Origin: an uncultured marine group III euryarchaeote
GTDB lineage: Archaea > Thermoplasmatota > Poseidoniia > MGIII > CG-Epi1
NCBI GenBank assembly: GCA_902627615.1
Contig: CACOJW010000001.1
Span: 4,907 to 68,906 of the forward strand
Length of the DNA stretch: 64,000 nt
Reading direction: 5' to 3'
This document shows, in pieces, positions 10,301 through 18,227 of the stretch; position 1 is the stretch's first letter; each line of letters starts with the position of its first letter. A program made the translations under genes and the position numbers. The notes under the pieces are model-generated. The model had not been told where the DNA came from. It saw nothing but the letters and a program-made list of their open reading frames with translations, and ran no database searches.

Positions 10301-11416
10301 TAACAGCCAAGGCAAGTCTCGAGTGGTAACCATAACTAATGACATTAGGACATATCCTAGTAAAATATAGGCGGGAGCTTCCCACCAGGTGTCAACAAAT
10401 CCCATCGTATTATAGTAAGGATATGAAATAATAACGGGCATTGAAAGCGTAACTAATCCTAAAGCTGCAGTTGCCAAGCTATCTACTCTACGGAATGCGT
10501 TTACTAGCATTTGCAATCCTAGATAAATGGCAATGATACCCATGATATATGGGAAACCTTTCCAACTCATGGAAATCATGGTAATAGTCATACCAGCTAA
10601 ACCGGCGTAACCCAGGGCCAATTTTTCCGAATTGACAAATTGACTTATCCCTTTCTTTATTTCATCGCCGTTTCTCCAATCCAAGACCCACTTCTTATCG
10701 TTCGCAACAGTCAAAGCCCTCATGAAGAAGAAATAAGCAGTTGTTCCGAATAATATGATGTAAGAGTCGTGGTCAGCTAGCGCCAAACTAGAATGCCCAA
10801 CGTGTTGTGAGTTTACACCTATGAAAAAAGCGCCAATTATTCCTGCTTCTTTACCAAATTGAGCTCTCCCTATTGCATAAACTGGGAAAATAATCAATGC
10901 ACCATATATTGCTGGTAAAACTTGCATAGACCACCAAACTGATTCTTCGGTATCTCCTCCGAAGAAGGGAGAGAGTGCTAATCCAATAATCGCAATAGAC
11001 CAATCGAATAGAGGCGGCCTGTTGTTGTTGGCCCCATATGGATAGTTAAGCATTGGATCTCTTTCGAGGTGCTCTCCATTTTCGGCAACGTAGTCAACAA
11101 CATGCTTGTGATAGTAAGGGTCACTACCTCCTGTAAGTTGAAAACCGTCTTCAGTTGCAGGTTCTAGAGTCCATGCAGTTCTAATGTAAAGTGAAAAAAG
11201 GAAAATTGCAAGTAAAATAAAAACAGTTGTCCAGTCTACTTTCTCGACTTTACGCGGCATAACTTCACTTTGTTCAGAGGTAGCTCTACCTGAAGCTGAA
11301 GAGAAGCGAGGGCGATAGCGATTTTTTGACTTGGAGTCACGTCTGCGACGTGTTTGTCTTGCCATTGATGTTGTGTCCTTTCGGTGTCCTCTAACAGAAG
11401 ACGGACTGGGCGCCAC
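4343..11416 (-). CDS. aglB: Oligosaccharyltransferase AglB/STT3 fused to a ~1400-aa extracellular beta-sandwich repeat array with a C-terminal TM anchor
   Basis: 2357 aa. The multi-TM N-terminal half carries GSDPYYH in the first loop and the hallmark WWDYGFW (encoded at 9293-9307). From about nt 8470 downward there are many carboxypeptidase-regulatory-like/PEGA-like repeats (e.g. GTVATPDGDPIVNANVTVLDE...TDKNGEYS). A CARDB-like domain follows (TVGTEVTISATVTNL...DPGNAITEQNTENN), then a terminal TM plus RSRR. The track start at 11416 is a GTG. The ATG at 11365 (MARQTRRRR) is a more likely start. Confidence 0.85.
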   Translation of the reverse strand: MAPSPSSVRGHRKDTTSMARQTRRRRDSKSKNRYRPRFSSASGRATSEQSEVMPRKVEKVDWTTVFILLAIFLFSLYIRTAWTLEPATEDGFQLTGGSDPYYHKHVVDYVAENGEHLERDPMLNYPYGANNNRPPLFDWSIAIIGLALSPFFGGDTEESVWWSMQVLPAIYGALIIFPVYAIGRAQFGKEAGIIGAFFIGVNSQHVGHSSLALADHDSYIILFGTTAYFFFMRALTVANDKKWVLDWRNGDEIKKGISQFVNSEKLALGYAGLAGMTITMISMSWKGFPYIMGIIAIYLGLQMLVNAFRRVDSLATAALGLVTLSMPVIISYPYYNTMGFVDTWWEAPAYILLGYVLMSLVMVTTRDLPWLLVIGVSTGIAAILYLLLTYVFKDLGFLLFSGQGYFVRTKLFNTIAEAQPPEFADFVFAFGPVSIWLAIFGVIWMAYQLFNQSIWKKDYLFVMTWALVSIYMAQSAIRFIFNATPVVSLISGWMTWLLIQRADFPAIITTWKAFWGKRGGLFYWLSLASIFAGVILFFTVSIAIGLISTLILLLLVMVVGHMDAQSEDQYRFRDRIRGLRQGFDMKRPLIALFVGLFIFLPNTFYGYDAGVPYEDKKNHDSDIFEFLSYDFLRPEEYDWDERNNQTKYPDGTEGMYAIENPNQLWYMGNTGPSFPSDYWIEGLEWLAEQDTNLEPEKRPGFISWWDYGFWAIDIGEHPTVADNFQFGYQIAGNFIASQSEHEAMTLLLYRLIEPEVDRKSESFDNEIRTKLLIYLSEENVTKLENIISNPDDYIPKKADGSNQDVHPKNAAIRAGKPILMTIEKNDVADLMWEVEQITGNSIRYYAADTRLMPYSAGNTGILYAPVTLADYDIGNFVEVQAALSNGQTLPFDEAIEVLEDNPDVQVTSQELVYKDKFLNSMFFRSFIGWSAIDVDRPIEDGIPSIAGVLGQDQSLPPLPGWNLTHFKLVQYNSGLRILKYYDGATIYGTVATPDGDPIVNANVTVLDEYRVPHGRATTDKNGEYSVLAPAGNLTLAVSMGTPEADIEKIFKSSNNILVRKENVIISEEQAMRQTTDRINIDLEVEPSSIAGRLFWDNNKDETFDSDDDTIPLVPVTALNIRSDVSRTVTTDSNGNYEFTNLAPGEYEITAEMDGHTVELASYTGTAALQANQDVTVKGALEPGIVWGKIFAGELDSQLVTVSLYDETNKSTVEKTFLNTYYYASQCTGDSVDDSISFCFNNLLPGNYTLRFESDDIYTGWTNNTKEIELAKGQSRSFNATLMDGFRIEGVLSHNNNPISNEQITVRNVNEQFSDNIFTTEEGYFATVVPEGTYDIYTVHQTEQTTLAYLDRIDSQTHSGIIDAAMGPGYTITGTLFEDLDGDKKFNPDSGENTYDGKMIRFISDSGVASVTSTFGGNYEIIIPEGDYDVYSHALANAEQNLVALRGLGTINGNLENVDLAASIGHDAWMILYEEHMGETVTLEGTIDLSTTEGDLNVWATDPISKISLPDGEYQVDLNKFGYELQTIYYGPEEDKEETEKINLQKTEEIIILAKRIPASVDGRFVYDGNPIINANLSFTPINNPLYHLNFTTDSEGYFDNVELPPEQYMYTFSLEDSGTRYLVHGQMSIPIGAPDFDMGDVSAELRYQVSGETKLLDEAVTGMVVFTPVDDFNNVTVLESTTFAGYNGFLLPGDYYVTFQDGFTSKHYSHGSILNLNAPAVQNLELKDEGFVRGDVRSQADNNVITDRSVQIQFISQDTGVVFIENSEADEGLFGVGEYGRVDLPNGIYDVIVKEEGYQDFTNTLTIDGNTDYYNEIVLIPKTVNVTLEITYINATGNSVPLENGLVIFEAVTGETFANYTDENGQIIFAEMVPKTYEISMDTTLNDGDDQFKLNSQNIYVKAGRDQQTFKRQADWEIRVSGTIFYDRNFDGIADSNEILSDSKVDIWNIDGTEIKGTAVADSEGKYEIYLDAGVYKTWFYTTSGTSYVSISSLELESAQELSPSLVRGIDYTVTYQDSDNNENINFGNVEISGDNFTFTMENDNGQINMLVPSGIYQFSGNYEDLSETSDYAFVLDKTINITDEIDGIDQIETISKQLMRGIEVSLDSNEFEIPVSQTATFTFNVTSLGFLDVVFETGIDEIPEGWSAEFTPNKLSMKENETKEVELRITPNENVVPGVWETFFVEIFWSDYEDNDIDDLRREFAVTVDPIEQPEPDFTIETGDFVWTPDYPTVGTEVTISATVTNLVNYSGAHYVPVVFYANDEPIKMVTAEFDGNNSEVTVSATWNATRGTHAIKAHIDPGNAITEQNTENNKASTTFSISETDEEENNSFTVIALAVGVLVAGFVYISYRSRR

Positions 11417-11451
11417 TCGGATGGTTATATAAGGTCTACTCTAAAATTAAA

Positions 11452-12741
11452 TTAAACAGAGGGTAGGAGCTTACCGGTACACTCGCCAAAACCAATTCTG
11501 TAATTATCTCCTTGACACCAACCTTTTAGCATCACAGTATCGCCATCTTCAAGAGCTAGTCTTTCTTCACCGTTTGAAAGTTTCAAAGGTTCACTCCATC
11601 CCCAAGTTAGTTCAAGCATAGATCCTCTACTATTTTTCTCAGGACCCGATATGGTTCCACTAGCCAACATATCTCCAGTTCGGAGATTACAACCTGTTGT
11701 TGTATGGTGTACAATTTGTTGATTCATATCCCAGTATAGATAATTGTAATTACTAGATGAAATTAATTCAAAATTATCCATTTTTTCAGATTTAAGGTGA
11801 ATTTCCAAGTTAATATCAAAAGTGCTATCTCGGCTATTCTGCAGATATTCAAGAGGCTTCGGTTCTTGCTTGGGTCCTTTACATCTAAATGGCTCCAACG
11901 CTTCTAGTGTGATTATCCAAGGAGAAATAGTAGTAGCTAGATTTTTGGCTAAAAACGGCCCCAATGGTTGATATTCCCAAGCCTGAATATCTCTAGCAGA
12001 CCAATCATTTACAAGGGCCATACCAAAAATATATTCTTCCGCGTTTTCTATAGAAATACGTTCTCCCAAACTATTTCCAGTACCTATGAATAGTCCCATT
12101 TCAAGTTCAAAATCCATTCTTTTACTATCTCCAAATGAAGGATTTTCTGCACTAGGCAGTTTAGTTTGACCTTTCGGCCTGATAACATCTCCTCCATCAA
12201 GAATTACTGAAGACGCTCGACCATGATATGCAATAGGTAAGTGAAGCCAATTAGGCATCAATGCATTTTCAGGCCCCCTGAATATTGTACCTACGTTTGA
12301 AGCATGTTCTTTTGATGAATAAAAGTCAGTGTAATCTCCTATATCAATAGGAAATTCCATTACAGCTTTTTCCATTGGAATTAAAACTAATTCTCTCAAT
12401 TCTTTATTATCTCTTAGTTTTTCAATGTCTTTATTTAGAAGATGACTAATTACATTTCTAGTATCTTTCCAGGCTTTTCTTCCCAAAGACATGAATGCAT
12501 TTAATGTAGGTTCATGGAAAACTTCAGTTCCTTCTACTTCGGTATTTTGAAAATATCCCGCTTCGTCTAAGTATGCTAAATCTAAGATATAATCTCCAAT
12601 TGCAGTAGCTACGTGTAGATCACCACCACCCTTTGGTGAATAGACTCCAAAGGGGATATTTTGGATTGGAAAATCTGAGTTTTCATCAACTTCAATCCAT
12701 GATTTTAGATTTGAATCGTGTGTTTTGTCCATTATGTCCAT
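11452..12741 (-). CDS. fahA: Fumarylacetoacetase (FAH), long form with N-terminal FAH domain
   Basis: 429 aa. The N-terminal domain (SWIEVDENSDFPIQNIPFGVY) and the C-terminal FAH fold are present. It is the last gene of the hppD-hmgA-X-fahA string and overlaps the upstream gene by 10 nt. Confidence 0.85.
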   Translation of the reverse strand: MDIMDKTHDSNLKSWIEVDENSDFPIQNIPFGVYSPKGGGDLHVATAIGDYILDLAYLDEAGYFQNTEVEGTEVFHEPTLNAFMSLGRKAWKDTRNVISHLLNKDIEKLRDNKELRELVLIPMEKAVMEFPIDIGDYTDFYSSKEHASNVGTIFRGPENALMPNWLHLPIAYHGRASSVILDGGDVIRPKGQTKLPSAENPSFGDSKRMDFELEMGLFIGTGNSLGERISIENAEEYIFGMALVNDWSARDIQAWEYQPLGPFLAKNLATTISPWIITLEALEPFRCKGPKQEPKPLEYLQNSRDSTFDINLEIHLKSEKMDNFELISSSNYNYLYWDMNQQIVHHTTTGCNLRTGDMLASGTISGPEKNSRGSMLELTWGWSEPLKLSNGEERLALEDGDTVMLKGWCQGDNYRIGFGECTGKLLPSV

Positions 12742-13739
12742 CCTAGTTTTGATAAGTCATCTATAGGCTCTTGAAAAGAGCAACTGCCGTATGAAATCAT
12801 ACCTTTTTCACGTACGACTTTAATTTTTTTAGTTTCAATTTCAAATTCAGTATCTCTGTCATCCCTTACTTTCCAAATTAGGGAATCGTTAGTAAAATTA
12901 AAATTTTCAGCATTTTGATCATCAATCATATGAGATAATAGAATAAACATTCGATATTTTTCTTGTGAGTTTTTTGGTTTTGGGAAGGTTGTTGCAAAAA
13001 TGCCTGCCCCAAAAGTATTGATGAATCCATGCATATACTCATCGTATTCTTCTGCAAAATGACGTATTGGATGATGTAACCCAGCAGTAAATTTCATTGG
13101 TACCTCCGCAATTACACATGTTTGTATCATGGCAGCAATCTGTTCAACTGTAGGAAATGCTTCCTTTACCACACCTCCACATCTTAATTTTATTCCTGCA
13201 TTTTTTATTTTAGATATTATTTGGACAGTAGGTATGATTTCATGATCCCAAGAACTTTCGTCCACTTCTGTTGAGTAGTTCATATCGATGTAAGGTAGCT
13301 GCGTAAATTCATGGTAATGTGTTAAATTAGAATCATTAAGTAGCGTAGCAGCCTTTACCATAGTCTTTTTGGATGGAGAATTGGAGGGCATTTTACATTC
13401 AATAACATCAATTTCAATCTTTTCTTTATGTTTCTTTCTATAATCATTAATATTGTTAATGTTTTTATTAATATTTTTTAAATACTCGTCGTCGTTATTT
13501 CCACCACCACCTAAGACTGACAGCCTCAGAGGCCCTATATCTTCGAAAAGAGGTAGAAATTGATCTAAATTTTCTAATTTTGAAGTATGAATTATAAAAC
13601 GGCTTAACATTTTAGAATTAGCACTCTTTAATTGTAAGATATATTCATCAATTGCTTCATTTAGAGGTAGTTCAGCAGGCGGGAAGAGGCCAGCATAATC
13701 TATCAGGCCTTCCATGAAAGCTCGAAGACTTTCTTTCAT
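12732..13739 (-). CDS. Conserved-looking hypothetical protein embedded in the homogentisate operon
   Basis: 335 aa with no TM segment or signal peptide. Notable motifs are LIDYAGLFPPAELP, KLRCGG and KFTAGLHHPIRH. It starts 5 nt after the hmgA stop and overlaps fahA by 10 nt. I cannot assign a family. Confidence 0.6.
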   Translation of the reverse strand: MKESLRAFMEGLIDYAGLFPPAELPLNEAIDEYILQLKSANSKMLSRFIIHTSKLENLDQFLPLFEDIGPLRLSVLGGGGNNDDEYLKNINKNINNINDYRKKHKEKIEIDVIECKMPSNSPSKKTMVKAATLLNDSNLTHYHEFTQLPYIDMNYSTEVDESSWDHEIIPTVQIISKIKNAGIKLRCGGVVKEAFPTVEQIAAMIQTCVIAEVPMKFTAGLHHPIRHFAEEYDEYMHGFINTFGAGIFATTFPKPKNSQEKYRMFILLSHMIDDQNAENFNFTNDSLIWKVRDDRDTEFEIETKKIKVVREKGMISYGSCSFQEPIDDLSKLGWT

Positions 13740-13744
13740 TGATT

Positions 13745-14929
13745 TTATTCGCCTAATGCTTCCTTGTATCCTTCACCATCAAGCCAAGATTTTGAATAAT
13801 TAGGGTCTTCAACATTGATTGCATATTTAGCTACTTTGAGAGGATAATGAGTATCAACCATGACTGCCAATTCGTCAGTCCATTTAGCACCTATTGAGGC
13901 TTCATATTTCCCAGGATGTGGGCCATGGGTTAATCCATCAGGATGTAGTGTCATGGATCCAAATTCAACACCTTTTCTTGACATGAATTCTTTCGAATCG
14001 TAATAGATAACCTCATCGGACATTATGTTAGCGTGATTGTAGGGTGCAGGTATTGCGTTTTTATCAAAATCGAAAGGTCTTGGGCAAAATGAGCAGACCA
14101 CAAATCGATCACTTGCAAATGTTTGGTGGACAGGCGGAGGTTCGTGAATTCTACCTACTATAGGCTCAAAATCATGAATGCTGAAAGCAAATGGGTAGTA
14201 ATATCCGTCCCATCCAACAACATCACATGGATGATGTCCTAGAGTAACTTCAGTAAATCTATTGCGTTGTTTTACGATAATTTTGAACTCCCCTTTTTCA
14301 TCATGTGGTACTAATTCATCAGGCCCTCTAAAATCGCGCTCAGAATATGGACTTCTTTCGATTATTTGACCATATTCATTTCGATATCTTTTAGGAGTTC
14401 TTACTTCACCAGGCGATTCTACAATTAGAAGAGAATGTTCTTCATCATTCATTATATATCGGTGTAAAATTCCTCTCGGAATAACTAGGTAATCTCCAGC
14501 ATTATACTTCATGTTTCCAAAAGCGGTTTCTAAAGTTCCACTTCCTTGACTGACGTATATTATCTCATCACCTTGTGCATTACGATAGTAATAATCATCA
14601 TTTTTGTCAGGATAACTCATCATCATCACAACATCATTGTTGAATAAGAAAGGTTTTCGATCCATAATTGCGCTTCCGCCTTTCTCTGCTCTATTGGTGT
14701 AAAAATGCCTCATCCTCAGACTTTTGTCATCATCTTCTTCGAGAGTAAAATGTCCGATTTCTTTAGTCGATAAAACTTCAGTTGGAGGGTAAATATGGTA
14801 AAGAAGTGATGAAGGCCCTACAAATCCCTTATTCCCCTTCAGTTCTTCATGGTAAATATTTCCATTATCATCTCTAAAAACGGTGTGTCTTTTCTTAGCT
14901 ACTTTTCCTAATTTATGATATCTGTGCAT
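13745..14929 (-). CDS. hmgA: Homogentisate 1,2-dioxygenase (short cupin form)
   Basis: 394 aa with HGD-like motifs (HEPPPVHQTF, MTLHPDGLTHGPHPG). Its ATG shares nt 14929 with the hppD stop (TAATG). Confidence 0.8.
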   Translation of the reverse strand: MHRYHKLGKVAKKRHTVFRDDNGNIYHEELKGNKGFVGPSSLLYHIYPPTEVLSTKEIGHFTLEEDDDKSLRMRHFYTNRAEKGGSAIMDRKPFLFNNDVVMMMSYPDKNDDYYYRNAQGDEIIYVSQGSGTLETAFGNMKYNAGDYLVIPRGILHRYIMNDEEHSLLIVESPGEVRTPKRYRNEYGQIIERSPYSERDFRGPDELVPHDEKGEFKIIVKQRNRFTEVTLGHHPCDVVGWDGYYYPFAFSIHDFEPIVGRIHEPPPVHQTFASDRFVVCSFCPRPFDFDKNAIPAPYNHANIMSDEVIYYDSKEFMSRKGVEFGSMTLHPDGLTHGPHPGKYEASIGAKWTDELAVMVDTHYPLKVAKYAINVEDPNYSKSWLDGEGYKEALGE

Positions 14930-16017
14930 TACAGGTTACCTCTTTCGGCTTGATGCCTTTCAATTGCTTCGAACAATGCTTTAAAGTTTCCAACTCCAAA
15001 GCCTTTCGATCCTTTTCTTTGTATAACTTCATAGAATACAGTAGGCCTGTCCTCTACGGGTTTAGTGAATAATTGTAATAGATATCCTTCATCATCTCGG
15101 TCAACTAAGATTTTTAATTTGCGGAGAACTTCAATATCTTCATCAATAACACCTACTCGCTCAGTTAAATCTTCATAGTAAGTGTCAGGAACTTCTAAAA
15201 ATTCAACACCATTTTCTTTTAGTTTCCCAATAGTTTTTATGATATCACTTGTTAAAAGTGCAAGATGCTGTACACCAGCCCCCTCATAAAATTCTAAGTA
15301 TTCATCGATTTGCGATTTTCTTTTACCCTCTGCAGGTTCATTAATCGGAAATTTGATTCTTCCATTATCACTTTCCATCACTTTTGACATGAGTGCAGAA
15401 TATTCAGTAGAAATATCATCATCGCTAAATTCTTGTATTTGTGAAAAGCCCATAGTATCAGCATAGAAGTTGACCCAATATTCCATTTTACCTAATTCCA
15501 CATTTCCGACAATGTGGTCTATGAATTTTAGCCCCACATTATTCCCTTCAATTTTACTTTCTACAAATCCAGGCAGAAAAGGTCCATTGTAATCGTCATA
15601 TGATATGAAAGAATGTACAGTTTCTCCGTAGGTAAATATTGAAGCTCTTGTTACACTACCATTTTCATCACTAACAGTTTCAGGCTCCATAGCACTCTTG
15701 GCTCCACGGGCTACACAGGCTTCGTAGCATGCTTTTGCGTCATCCACATGAAATGCAATATCCTTTACACCATCGCCATGCTTTCGAATATGCTCAGCTA
15801 ATTCATTATTTCCATTCAGCGGAGTAGAGAAGACCATTCTGATTCTACCTTGTCCTAAAACATAGCTAGCCTTTTCCCTGTCTCCAGTTTCCAAACCAGA
15901 ATAAGCAACTTGATCATATCCAAATGCCTTTCTGTAATAGTAGGCAGCCTGCTTTGCATTACCCACATAAAACTCAACGTGATGTACGGCTTTAAGTGGA
16001 ACTGGATCTTCACTCAT
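14929..16017 (-). CDS. hppD: 4-hydroxyphenylpyruvate dioxygenase
   Basis: 362 aa. It has two VOC modules, the N-terminal [16 protein letters not shown] and the characteristic C-terminus [21 protein letters not shown]. Confidence 0.9.
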   Translation of the reverse strand: MSEDPVPLKAVHHVEFYVGNAKQAAYYYRKAFGYDQVAYSGLETGDREKASYVLGQGRIRMVFSTPLNGNNELAEHIRKHGDGVKDIAFHVDDAKACYEACVARGAKSAMEPETVSDENGSVTRASIFTYGETVHSFISYDDYNGPFLPGFVESKIEGNNVGLKFIDHIVGNVELGKMEYWVNFYADTMGFSQIQEFSDDDISTEYSALMSKVMESDNGRIKFPINEPAEGKRKSQIDEYLEFYEGAGVQHLALLTSDIIKTIGKLKENGVEFLEVPDTYYEDLTERVGVIDEDIEVLRKLKILVDRDDEGYLLQLFTKPVEDRPTVFYEVIQRKGSKGFGVGNFKALFEAIERHQAERGNL

Positions 16018-16031
16018 TGATTATTTCACTT

Positions 16032-16049
16032 TTAGGAATTATGATTCCT
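16032..16049 (-). promoter_or_regulatory. Palindrome at the predicted start site of the homogentisate operon
   Basis: TAGGAAT-TATG-ATTCCTA has 7-bp arms. A TATA-like TTATAT on the minus strand (plus coordinates 16063-16068) lies ~26 nt upstream of the palindrome centre. The hppD ATG is at 16017. Confidence 0.3.
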
Positions 16050-16094
16050 ATTAAGTCCGGAGATATAAGATGATATGCATTATTAAAGCCTCGT

Positions 16095-18167
16095 TTAAGC
16101 ACTATTTTGATAATAACTATACCAATCATAATTGTAGTTAAAATCAGAGGCAGGATCATTTGATTCTAATAATAGTTCCCAGTCCCCTATCATTTCACCT
16201 TCATTTGTTTCGAAAATAAGCTCTTGAGTTTCGCCGTCGTTCAAGAGTAAGTCTTGTTCGAACACAGTTCCAGAAGGGCTATTGATTGTGACAGTAATGT
16301 CAGATTGTACAAAAGGTAGCCCACTGTTTCCAATTATGTTGATGTAAATGCTTACATTTTCAATATATGGATTAATTGTTGCAGGAACAGTCTCGTCAGC
16401 ACCTCCATTTACGCTACTCTCGCCTTCAACAAAGCTGTTGACACGTACTTGTTCAAATGCTACACTTTGTCTTTCCTCTGCATCTTTAGCAGTTAATACA
16501 ACAAAGTATAGTCCACCATCAGCCCAAGAATGATTCACCGTTTCTCCACTTGTTGTAGTTCCGTCTCCGAAGTCCCATTCATATGTTACAAAATTACCGT
16601 TAGATGTGGATGCATCGAATATAAATTCCTCGCCATTCCACCCACTTGTTCCACTTGCCTCTATATTGGCATCTAATATTACAGGGTCAACACCAACAAT
16701 TCTTGGCCCAATAAGTTGCCAAACAACTAAGAAAACAACTGTAAAGGCTAGAACTGCGACTAAATTATCTACAATTTCTTCTTTCCTTTGTTCGGTTAGA
16801 CCGGTTTTGACTTTGTCAAGTACTCCGGTAATTCCATCTGCAAAAATAAAACCACCATCAAGAGGAACAGAAGGTAAAGCGTTTGTTAATCCTACCATTA
16901 AGTTAAGCCAAAATATCCAATAGAATGAATTGGCAAGAATCCAAAAGAGATTATCTGGTATGATTCCAACAGCTCCACTGGGCTCAAAAATTGAAGTAAA
17001 ATGGTCAGGAAACGGTTGTAATTTAGCAAAAGGTAATGAGATGTACAGTAAGACATTTTCAGTAGGATTTGCTAAGTTATTAGTTACAAATTCGGGGTTT
17101 TCGGCAGCAACGCCCATGAATCCTTTTCCAGACATCCAAGGTTCATATAAATCAGGATAATACTTCAGATAATAACTTCCTTTATCAGATAAAGTTACAG
17201 CATAAGTTTCAGGAACTCCTGCATTCATAACCGAGACGTTGACCGTTTCTCCTGTATATGTGTCATTCATTATACGCTGCCAGTCATCGCTATTTTCTAC
17301 AGGTTCTTCGTTGATAGATGTTAGAAGCATCCATGGTTCTAAACCCGCTTCAGCGCCACCATAGTCAGTACTTACACTGTATAGTAATAATCCGTCTTCA
17401 GCAGGTGCCAGCGAGGCAACCATTACAGAGGAAAAGAGGAACGAAAAAATAAGTGCAATGACCATATTACTTCCGGGTCCGGCAGCATAGAGCCTCATTC
17501 TCTCCCATTTTTTCATAGCTTTCATTTCTTCTTCATCAGGTTCAACAAACGCCCCTACGGGAAAAATGAAAAGTAAAAGTCCTAAAGCTTTAACTTTAAC
17601 GTTGGCAACGCGGCTCAAAATTCCGTGACTAAATTCATGAATAACCATTGCGATGACGAGCGCTAAAATTCCATACCACAGAGGAATTACAGGATTTACT
17701 CCAGGTAATCCAATCATCATTTTAGGAGATACTGCAGAAGTTTTGGGAATCTGCCAAGCAAGAGTTGCTTGCCAAAGTAATAGTGAAAACATAAGAATCA
17801 TAATTACAAAAACGGTAACTACCCAAACATCACCCACTCTTCTCCAAAATGGCTTATTTTGAGATATCTTTTCTATGAAATCTTTCCCCCAGTCAGTTCT
17901 CCACATGAGAAAAGAACGTCCCCAAACTAGATCCATATTATATTTCGCTAAATATCCTTCATTGTCAGCCCATCTAACAGCAGTTACCCAAGCAGCGACG
18001 AATAGAGCAAAAGAATACCATCCGAGGTAAAGACAGAATAATAAGAAAAATATTAATTTAATGTGTCTACGGACATGAACTTCAGCAGGCATACCTGTTA
18101 ATTCAGGTAATATTTCTACTTCTTCTTCGATGGCTTCCCCTTCGGTTTCTTCTTTTTTCGTTGTCAT
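16095..18167 (-). CDS. Site-2 protease family (M50) membrane metalloprotease with PDZ-like insert and C-terminal PKD domain
   Basis: 690 aa with HEFSHG in a TM helix and multiple TMs. A PDZ-like segment is present (LTSINEEPVENSDDWQ...). After the last TM there is a PKD domain (YEWDFGDGTTTSGETVNHSW...VVLTAKD) and a further beta-rich region. Confidence 0.8.
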   Translation of the reverse strand: MTTKKEETEGEAIEEEVEILPELTGMPAEVHVRRHIKLIFFLLFCLYLGWYSFALFVAAWVTAVRWADNEGYLAKYNMDLVWGRSFLMWRTDWGKDFIEKISQNKPFWRRVGDVWVVTVFVIMILMFSLLLWQATLAWQIPKTSAVSPKMMIGLPGVNPVIPLWYGILALVIAMVIHEFSHGILSRVANVKVKALGLLLFIFPVGAFVEPDEEEMKAMKKWERMRLYAAGPGSNMVIALIFSFLFSSVMVASLAPAEDGLLLYSVSTDYGGAEAGLEPWMLLTSINEEPVENSDDWQRIMNDTYTGETVNVSVMNAGVPETYAVTLSDKGSYYLKYYPDLYEPWMSGKGFMGVAAENPEFVTNNLANPTENVLLYISLPFAKLQPFPDHFTSIFEPSGAVGIIPDNLFWILANSFYWIFWLNLMVGLTNALPSVPLDGGFIFADGITGVLDKVKTGLTEQRKEEIVDNLVAVLAFTVVFLVVWQLIGPRIVGVDPVILDANIEASGTSGWNGEEFIFDASTSNGNFVTYEWDFGDGTTTSGETVNHSWADGGLYFVVLTAKDAEERQSVAFEQVRVNSFVEGESSVNGGADETVPATINPYIENVSIYINIIGNSGLPFVQSDITVTINSPSGTVFEQDLLLNDGETQELIFETNEGEMIGDWELLLESNDPASDFNYNYDWYSYYQNSA

Positions 18168-18227
18168 ACGGTCCTATCTACATTGGATTCCACGCGGGCC
18201 TTTATTTAACCTCCATTATGGAGCCCA

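Noticed and set aside
18208-18220. The short dyad CTCCAT-T-ATGGAG between the M50 gene and the 18228 gene.
   Set aside because: The arms are only 6 bp and the dyad overlaps the likely ribosome-binding region. It is too weak to call.
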